From positions 5,917 through 69,916 of the IMG/VR virus record IMGVR_UViG_3300027749_000102: 64,000 bases of DNA. One strand, given 5' to 3'. The notes beneath the pieces are model-generated. The model had not been told where the DNA came from and made no database searches. It saw only the letters and a list, made by a program, of their open reading frames with translations. The stretch's first letter is position 1. Each line of letters begins with the position of its first letter. This document shows positions 58,480-64,000 of the stretch, piece by piece. Source of the stretch: a virus. Both the position numbers and the translations under genes were made by a program.

Positions 58480-59324
58480 ACTATATAATTTTTGAAAATT
58501 GAAAACATTTCATTATCTGAATCGGTCTTCATTTTTTTTATTGTTAAATCTAAATTAGTTAAATATTTTTGTCTAAAAAAATCGTAATTCTCTAAAACAT
58601 TATTTATAGTTTCAACTATCGTATCATATGGTGACCATATAATGTGTTTGCTAATTGGGATATGTTCTTTATATGGAGAGTCTTCACTAATAACTAATAT
58701 ACCCGTCAATAACGCTGGTAAAACCCTTAATTCTTCTAAAGTACTATACCTGTCTGTTTGATGAATATTAACCAATACTTTATATTCATCCATAACTTTT
58801 TTTATGATATTTTTACAATATATGTTGCCAACACCATAAACATTATGGTAATAATCCATATCAACTTTTTGATGAATATTATTTCTTCTTGAAGTTGAAC
58901 TATGAATTGTTAAACAATTTTTAAATCTATTATCACTGTTACTAATATCATATAGTAATGGTGGATAATATCGAAAAACATCCGAATTTTCTTTAAAATA
59001 ATCGGATGTTTTTATATGATTTAGATTAGCATTTGAATACTCAAAAACTGATTGTAATTTAATTAGTTCGTCAAATTTATTTACAGTACAAGAATAACCA
59101 TTATTATACTCATTTTTAATAAACGTATGTTCGTACTGAAAATCTAAATTAATGTCTTTTAATACATTATTACACCCAAAATTAACTGAATATGGAACAT
59201 TATTATTTGTTAAAAATAATGTTATATCATTAAGTATGTATTGATAATATTCGTTTAGATTTCCATTGTTCCATTTTGTATCATAAAATAACTCACTATT
59301 ATTAATTATTTTACTTTTAATCAT
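58476..59324 (-). CDS. Putative GT-B glycosyltransferase
   Basis: KVLVNIH...LEELRVLPAL-TGILVISE donor-binding-like C-terminal domain; within the GT cluster. Confidence 0.55.
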   Translation of the reverse strand: MIKSKIINNSELFYDTKWNNGNLNEYYQYILNDITLFLTNNNVPYSVNFGCNNVLKDINLDFQYEHTFIKNEYNNGYSCTVNKFDELIKLQSVFEYSNANLNHIKTSDYFKENSDVFRYYPPLLYDISNSDNRFKNCLTIHSSTSRRNNIHQKVDMDYYHNVYGVGNIYCKNIIKKVMDEYKVLVNIHQTDRYSTLEELRVLPALLTGILVISEDSPYKEHIPISKHIIWSPYDTIVETINNVLENYDFFRQKYLTNLDLTIKKMKTDSDNEMFSIFKNYIV

Positions 59325-60076
59325 AAATTTTCTTTATTATCCATAAAAAATTTTTCATAAGGATATAAATTAATGTCAGGTAATACTTTATCACATGGCA
59401 TACCAAACATACCTGAAATATTACTTTTAGGATTATTACAATTGTATTTTGAACCAAAAGTAAAATTTCTATTAAAAAATGAATATTTGCCGACTCCTGG
59501 TTTTATGTGTGTATGTCTAATATCAGAAACAATATTATAAACTCCTTGTACATATAATTGATAAACGTCTTTATTTTTACTTTCTAACATTCTATATGTG
59601 ATGTCTCCGTCCTCTTCACCAAATCCTAATAATCGTTCATCAAAATAACCTAATTCATCAATAAGATTTTTGTTAACTACAAAAAATGAAAATGTGCCAT
59701 TTATTTTTGAGATGCCGTAATATTCTTCGGATTCAATATGAGAAGAAACAACCTCAAACATATTTTCATTGACTAAATCAATATCGTCATTTAATAATAA
59801 AACATTCTCTTTAGTTGAGTGTATTAACAATGTGTTCCACATTTTAGATAGTCCTCTTGTTTCTACAAAAAATATTGGGAATATGTTAGGATGTGATAAG
59901 CAGAGGGTAAGTATTTTTTTTCTATATTCTTCGTCAAAATTAGAATCCTTTTCACCGTTTATACATAAATAAATGTTATTTGGAACATTTAATTCTTTAA
60001 TTTTGTTAATTAATTTTTCAATAAAATCATATCTTAATGAAAATGTTGTAATACCTATATCATAATTATTTTTCAT
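59321..60076 (-). CDS. GT2-family glycosyltransferase
   Basis: IGITTF, GLSKMWN, LLLNDD, GYFDERLLGFGEEDGD. Confidence 0.8.
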   Translation of the reverse strand: MKNNYDIGITTFSLRYDFIEKLINKIKELNVPNNIYLCINGEKDSNFDEEYRKKILTLCLSHPNIFPIFFVETRGLSKMWNTLLIHSTKENVLLLNDDIDLVNENMFEVVSSHIESEEYYGISKINGTFSFFVVNKNLIDELGYFDERLLGFGEEDGDITYRMLESKNKDVYQLYVQGVYNIVSDIRHTHIKPGVGKYSFFNRNFTFGSKYNCNNPKSNISGMFGMPCDKVLPDINLYPYEKFFMDNKENL

Positions 60077-60626
60077 ATTCAAAATTTGTTTGTTTTCTAT
60101 GAATTAAAAGTTTATTGTTATTATGTAATTCAAAAGGAATATTTTTTTCTTTAAACCATTCTATGGTATTAGCACTATCATGTGCGTGTAAATCTTCGAT
60201 AATGTATAAACCATTTTCTTTTAAATGAGGATATAATGATTCAAAACTTTTAATATGGTGAAAATGGGTATGAAGTCCGTCATCAATGATAATATCGTAA
60301 TCACTACCATATTCATTTACACATTGGGTTAAATCTTCAGTTACGCTTTGGTCACCAATGAATATTCGGACATTTTCTTTTTCATATTTTTTACAATCTT
60401 CGTTAATATCAAAACCAATAAAATCTATGTTTGAAAAAAACTCAGTCCACATTTTAATTGAAGCTCCAGGAAATCTTGGATCTGCAACTCCTATTTCTAA
60501 CATCTTAATTTTTTCGTCTTTTAATGGATAAAATAATTCTTGATATGTTTCGGTATAAGAGTGATATTCAAAATGTTGAGTACCTTTATCGGTACCAAGT
60601 CTATTTGCCATTTCTGTTAGCGTCAT
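60066..60626 (-). CDS. Class I SAM-dependent methyltransferase (MycE-like sugar O-methyltransferase)
   Basis: GTDK...HSY, MLEIGV, GFDI, GDQS, DIIIDDGLH, GLYIIEDL. Confidence 0.82.
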   Translation of the reverse strand: MTLTEMANRLGTDKGTQHFEYHSYTETYQELFYPLKDEKIKMLEIGVADPRFPGASIKMWTEFFSNIDFIGFDINEDCKKYEKENVRIFIGDQSVTEDLTQCVNEYGSDYDIIIDDGLHTHFHHIKSFESLYPHLKENGLYIIEDLHAHDSANTIEWFKEKNIPFELHNNNKLLIHRKQTNFEYEK

Positions 60627-60640
60627 AAATTAATAGGTTA

Positions 60641-61246
60641 TTATTTCTTTTTTATTATTGATGTAACACTTTGGTTATAATCTGGAGTTTTAGACCATAT
60701 TCTAATATCAGCAACATTATTTTTTATGTATTCTTTTTCGTCATCTAAGATATGATTGGATGCAATGTTATTAGTAAATTTAAATGATTGTAACATATCT
60801 AAAGTGGTTATTAAATCATCAGGAAAAATAGTTCCAAAATTTTCTAATCTTGATGTATGTAAATCTTCTAAAATATAAATTCCACCTTTTTTTAATCGAC
60901 TGAATAATGCTCCAAATGATACTTGTTGTTGTTTCATTGTGTGTCCACCATCATCAATGATTATATCAAATTCGACATTAGTTTCTTCTAAAAATCTGTT
61001 TAATGCGTCTCTATCTTCTTGATTAACAATATATGTTTTAACTCTCTTATCGTCATACTGGGTTTTATCCTCAATGTCGATTCCATATATATTACCATCC
61101 TTAAACTTATCTGATAGATATTTAAGGCTACCGCCATAATATATTCCAATCTCTAATATGTGTTTACTATCACTCATATCATTAAAATATGGTTCGTAAA
61201 CATCTATGAATCCGTGTAGATATTTATCCGTATTATATTCTTCCAT
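60641..61246 (-). CDS. Class I SAM-dependent methyltransferase (MycE-like sugar O-methyltransferase)
   Basis: TDK..H, ILEIGI..GGSL, GIDI, DIIIDDGGH, GGIYILEDL. Confidence 0.82.
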   Translation of the reverse strand: MEEYNTDKYLHGFIDVYEPYFNDMSDSKHILEIGIYYGGSLKYLSDKFKDGNIYGIDIEDKTQYDDKRVKTYIVNQEDRDALNRFLEETNVEFDIIIDDGGHTMKQQQVSFGALFSRLKKGGIYILEDLHTSRLENFGTIFPDDLITTLDMLQSFKFTNNIASNHILDDEKEYIKNNVADIRIWSKTPDYNQSVTSIIKKK

Positions 61247-61256
61247 TTTATTTTTT

Positions 61257-62525
61257 TTAACTAACGCTATTATGGTTTAATTGACCTGTAATTCTATCAC
61301 ACCATCCTTTTGATTCTGAGTGAGGCCAAACAACCCAGTATTGAGGTAATTCATCAGTTTGGAATTCTCTCCATACTTTACAATAATTATCAGGGTCTCT
61401 CATAAATCCTGCAATTTCGTTTTTATCGGCATCTTTTCTATATAATGTTTTCTCATCTTTACCGTGAAACGCAACAACCCAATAGTCATAATCAGTTTCA
61501 GTAACTTGGGAATACCCGATATCAATACAATGTTTGAATATCATACAGAAATTATCTTTCCATTCCTGTTCTGTTTCAAAATTGTATGGGTTTGGTGGAT
61601 AATTTTTATCTAGTGTGTATTTATCAATTGCTCTTTTTTCAAACAAAAGACCTGAATATTTTTCATAATCTCTTAAAGTTCTAACTGTACCAAATCCATA
61701 TGGTCCATCATGACCTTCTTGAATTTCACCATCCATTCCAAATAACTTTCTATTAGTTAAATGAGAAACTCTATTTTTTTCTCCCCACGCCTTATCATCA
61801 TCCCATTGTTTTGTGCGACCTTTACGAGTATACTCATGATAAACAACTGGAATATGTGGATGGAATAAATCATAGCCCCATGTGTAAGCTCTTGCAGCGA
61901 TTGAAATTTCTTCTCCGTGAAAATAGTATTCTGGATTATGTTGAACTTCTGTTGAAAATTGACCTAATGTGAAACAGAAGTGAGCTGAATAAAATCTTGC
62001 TGTAACAGGTTTTGTCATTTCTCTCCAACCTGGAATTGTTTCAGGTAAAAAGAATACAGCACCTTCAGGGATGAATCTATCGAACACCATTCTCCAAGCA
62101 TCTTGTGATCGTCCTGCAGGGTCATTTTCAGGGTCGAAGGATGGTACATATCCCGTAAGTAAAGGTTTTTCATACCCATCCTTTTGTAGTCCTTTTATCA
62201 TCTTGATTAGGATTTCGTCCCAATCTTTAACAAACCTCATATGAGAGTCTATTTGTAATGTATATGTTTCACCATCATAAAGTTGTTGCGTAAGATTTCT
62301 GGCCCAACAAACTCCTTTGGCATCTTGATAAGGAATGTCTAAGATTTTAAATCTTTTATCATTTCTATATTCATCTAAATTATCAAATCCATCGGTTTCA
62401 TTGAATTGTCTTGCGATTGCGAATACAAGGTTTTTTGGTTTTTTTGCATTTTCCAACATATCTTTAATTGTTGGAATTAATTGTGGATCTCTATAAGAGG
62501 CGCATTGAATGAAAATTTTGCTCAT
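61257..62525 (-). CDS. GT60-like polypeptide alpha-N-acetylglucosaminyltransferase (Skp1 Gnt1 / trypanosome OGNT family)
   Basis: IFIQCASYRDP, KGVCWAR, LQIDSHMRF-KDWD, LLTGY, FHGEEI...RAYTWGYD, YHEY, FGTVRTLRDYE; start MSKIF at 62525. Confidence 0.82.
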   Translation of the reverse strand: MSKIFIQCASYRDPQLIPTIKDMLENAKKPKNLVFAIARQFNETDGFDNLDEYRNDKRFKILDIPYQDAKGVCWARNLTQQLYDGETYTLQIDSHMRFVKDWDEILIKMIKGLQKDGYEKPLLTGYVPSFDPENDPAGRSQDAWRMVFDRFIPEGAVFFLPETIPGWREMTKPVTARFYSAHFCFTLGQFSTEVQHNPEYYFHGEEISIAARAYTWGYDLFHPHIPVVYHEYTRKGRTKQWDDDKAWGEKNRVSHLTNRKLFGMDGEIQEGHDGPYGFGTVRTLRDYEKYSGLLFEKRAIDKYTLDKNYPPNPYNFETEQEWKDNFCMIFKHCIDIGYSQVTETDYDYWVVAFHGKDEKTLYRKDADKNEIAGFMRDPDNYCKVWREFQTDELPQYWVVWPHSESKGWCDRITGQLNHNSVS

Positions 62526-62545
62526 AATATTATTTTTAATAAACA

Positions 62546-62576
62546 TAAAAAAACCCCTCATAAAATGAAGGGTTTT
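62546..62576 (-). terminator. Intrinsic terminator between the mucin-like gene and GT60
   Basis: Minus-strand AAAACCCUUCAU-UUU-AUGAGGGGUUUUUUU with one G-U pair. Confidence 0.7.
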
Positions 62577-62597
62577 ATTTGTATATTTTTTTTCTTT

Positions 62598-64000
62598 TTA
62601 AGAGATGTAAAACTCAACTGTATCACTTGGTGATGCATTGTTAATACCTGAAATACTAAAATTAAGTGTGTTGGTTCCAGCGTAACAACCTTGACTTGTT
62701 TGTTGTATGAATGAATTATTTTTATAATAACCAATGGTAACTGAACTACCTCCATTTCCTGTGCTTGTTATTTCAAATGATACCGTAACACCTGACAATC
62801 CTGAATGAGTACCATAATTAGTACCACCTGACCAAGCTAATGGGTATGAACCAGTTGTTCCTGTAAATCCTACACCAGATGTTCCAACATATGGAATCTC
62901 TGTTAATATTAAGTCATTTAATGTAACACCTGTACTACCAGAGTAGAAATGAACTTTAAATGTGTTAGTTCCAAAACTTGAAGGTGTTGGAGTTGGTGTA
63001 ACCGCTGGTGTTCCTGATTGAGTCGGTGTTGGCGTTTGAGTATTAGTTGTAGTAACGGTTGGTGTTTGTGTTTGTGTTACGGTATTGGTTGGAGTGTTGG
63101 TTGGAGTTTGAGTGGTAGTTGGAGTTGGAGTTGGAGTTGATCCACATAATGAAGAGTTTAATACAACTCCTGTAGAATTTAATTGGTAAACAATACTATT
63201 GTAAACATAATATCCTGCCAAATCTACACCAGGACAGAATCCTGTTGCACAACCATAAAAGAATGTGTTACTTTCGAATACTGAACTTTCACCAAATATA
63301 GTTGTAGTGGTTGAAGTACTACAAGCACTTATTGATGAAATATTATTATAACTTGTAATAAACGGATATCTTGATGGTTGAGGGTCAGTTGGTGATGGAG
63401 TTGGCGTATGTGTTGGAGTTTGACTTGGGGTATGTGTTGGAGTTACAGTATTAGTTGGTGTATTTGTGGTTGTTGGTGTCGGTGTTACTAAAATTGAACA
63501 ACCTGTATCAACTTTTTGAGTAATTTGTCCAGATCCTCCTGATACTAAGTACCAAGCAATTCCATTAGAATAGTACCCATTACTAACTGCTAAACTTAAT
63601 GTTGCGTCGGTATATAAGTAATCACCAACACTAAGAGTTGATCCTTGAGTTCTTGATATGTAACGGAATGTTTCTGTTGCAACACAAGCGGCATTTGGTG
63701 TATCACCAGAACCTAATAAGAAACTATAATTATACGGTGTTGGCGTTGGTGTTGCTGTTGGTGTTGCTGTTGATGTTGGTGTTGAAGTATTAGTTGAAGT
63801 GTTTGTTGGAGTTTCGTTTGGAGTTTTAGTTTGGGTATTAGTTGGAGTATTTGTTGGAGTATTTCTTGGAGTTCCAGTATTTGTTGGAGTGTTGTTTGGA
63901 GTTGGAGTAATCGTTGGTGTGTTTGTTGGAGTAATCGTTGGTGTTGGTGTTAATCCTATTGGAGGAAACGCACCCAAGTTAGTTAAAACAATACTGTTTG
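62598..64000 (-). CDS. Mucin-like Thr/Pro-repeat surface/fibre protein, N-terminally truncated by the window
   Basis: Frame stays open to 64000; three TPT/TPTN blocks separate small Cys-containing beta domains. Confidence 0.75.
   Translation of the reverse strand, partial: NSIVLTNLGAFPPIGLTPTPTITPTNTPTITPTPNNTPTNTGTPRNTPTNTPTNTQTKTPNETPTNTSTNTSTPTSTATPTATPTPTPYNYSFLLGSGDTPNAACVATETFRYISRTQGSTLSVGDYLYTDATLSLAVSNGYYSNGIAWYLVSGGSGQITQKVDTGCSILVTPTPTTTNTPTNTVTPTHTPSQTPTHTPTPSPTDPQPSRYPFITSYNNISSISACSTSTTTTIFGESSVFESNTFFYGCATGFCPGVDLAGYYVYNSIVYQLNSTGVVLNSSLCGSTPTPTPTTTQTPTNTPTNTVTQTQTPTVTTTNTQTPTPTQSGTPAVTPTPTPSSFGTNTFKVHFYSGSTGVTLNDLILTEIPYVGTSGVGFTGTTGSYPLAWSGGTNYGTHSGLSGVTVSFEITSTGNGGSSVTIGYYKNNSFIQQTSQGCYAGTNTLNFSISGINNASPSDTVEFYIS
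62983..63950 (-). repeat. Three coding low-complexity blocks of Thr-Pro-Thr-x repeats (about 62983-63140, 63387-63486, 63735-63950)
   Basis: Degenerate gttggtgt/gttggagt units on the plus strand encoding TPTPT/TPTNT. Confidence 0.85.

Noticed and set aside
664-62755. Many short 60-140 aa ORFs in the track that lie antisense or out of frame inside long genes (e.g. 664..867, 7027..7407, 35445..35864, 39139..39507, 45818..46129, 62558..62755)
   Set aside because: They are nested in well-supported CDSs, have no recognisable motifs, and are typical shadow ORFs.
62983-63950. Repetitive gttggtgt/gttggagt DNA as a CRISPR array or DGR-type repeat
   Set aside because: The units are degenerate, in frame and encode Thr-Pro; there are no constant repeats with unique spacers and no cas or reverse transcriptase gene in the window.
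1-64000. Stop-codon reassignment as seen in some large phages
   Set aside because: Coding density is near complete with the standard code, and TAA, TAG and TGA all terminate well-defined genes.
44616-64000. Eukaryotic giant virus (NCLDV) origin suggested by SNF2, PolB, HNH family and GT cluster
   Set aside because: T4-like sheath, tube, baseplate and neck genes, overlapping operons and intrinsic terminators indicate a tailed bacteriophage.
1-64000. tRNA or rRNA genes
   Set aside because: Intergenic gaps are short and AT-rich with no cloverleaf or T-loop signature seen by eye; tRNAscan-SE would be needed to exclude them formally.

Overview
This window is an AT-rich, densely coding segment of a large T4-like (contractile-tailed) bacteriophage genome in the standard genetic code. 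All functional calls come from reading motifs by eye; no database search was run. Left to right it holds: baseplate/tail structural genes (1-12.6 kb, including gp6/J-like and gp25-like); a replication module (class II B12-dependent RNR, DnaB/gp41 helicase, 5'-3' exonuclease, RecA/UvsX, gp32-like SSB); a tail module (2505-aa hub-like protein, gp53/LysM-like, 1667-aa tube initiator-like, tape measure, gp26/gp51-like, tube, sheath, gp15/gp14/gp13-like); SNF2 helicase, SOD fusion and family B DNA polymerase; and a 10-gene glycosyltransferase/methyltransferase cluster next to a mucin-like Thr/Pro-repeat protein that runs off the right edge. Main findings: (1) a candidate phage-encoded mucin-type O-glycosylation system (GT60 initiator, GT2/GT7/GT10/GT43-like/HtrL-like enzymes, two sugar O-methyltransferases, a Thr/Pro substrate), plus a recurrent [ST]-[GA]-x-T motif in virion proteins that could be a sequon; (2) an Mn-SOD fused to a PD-(D/E)xK-like nuclease and punctuated by [IL]-x-E protease-type sites, suggesting a capsid-packaged polyprotein; (3) a start-less gp51-like ORF best explained by a +1 frameshift at TTT-TTT-CGT in the gp26-like gene; (4) two RHH+HNH two-gene cassettes with the same 20-nt overlap, plus a decayed third; (5) a strand-specific TATTTATA upstream motif. 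No tRNA, rRNA or CRISPR array was seen.
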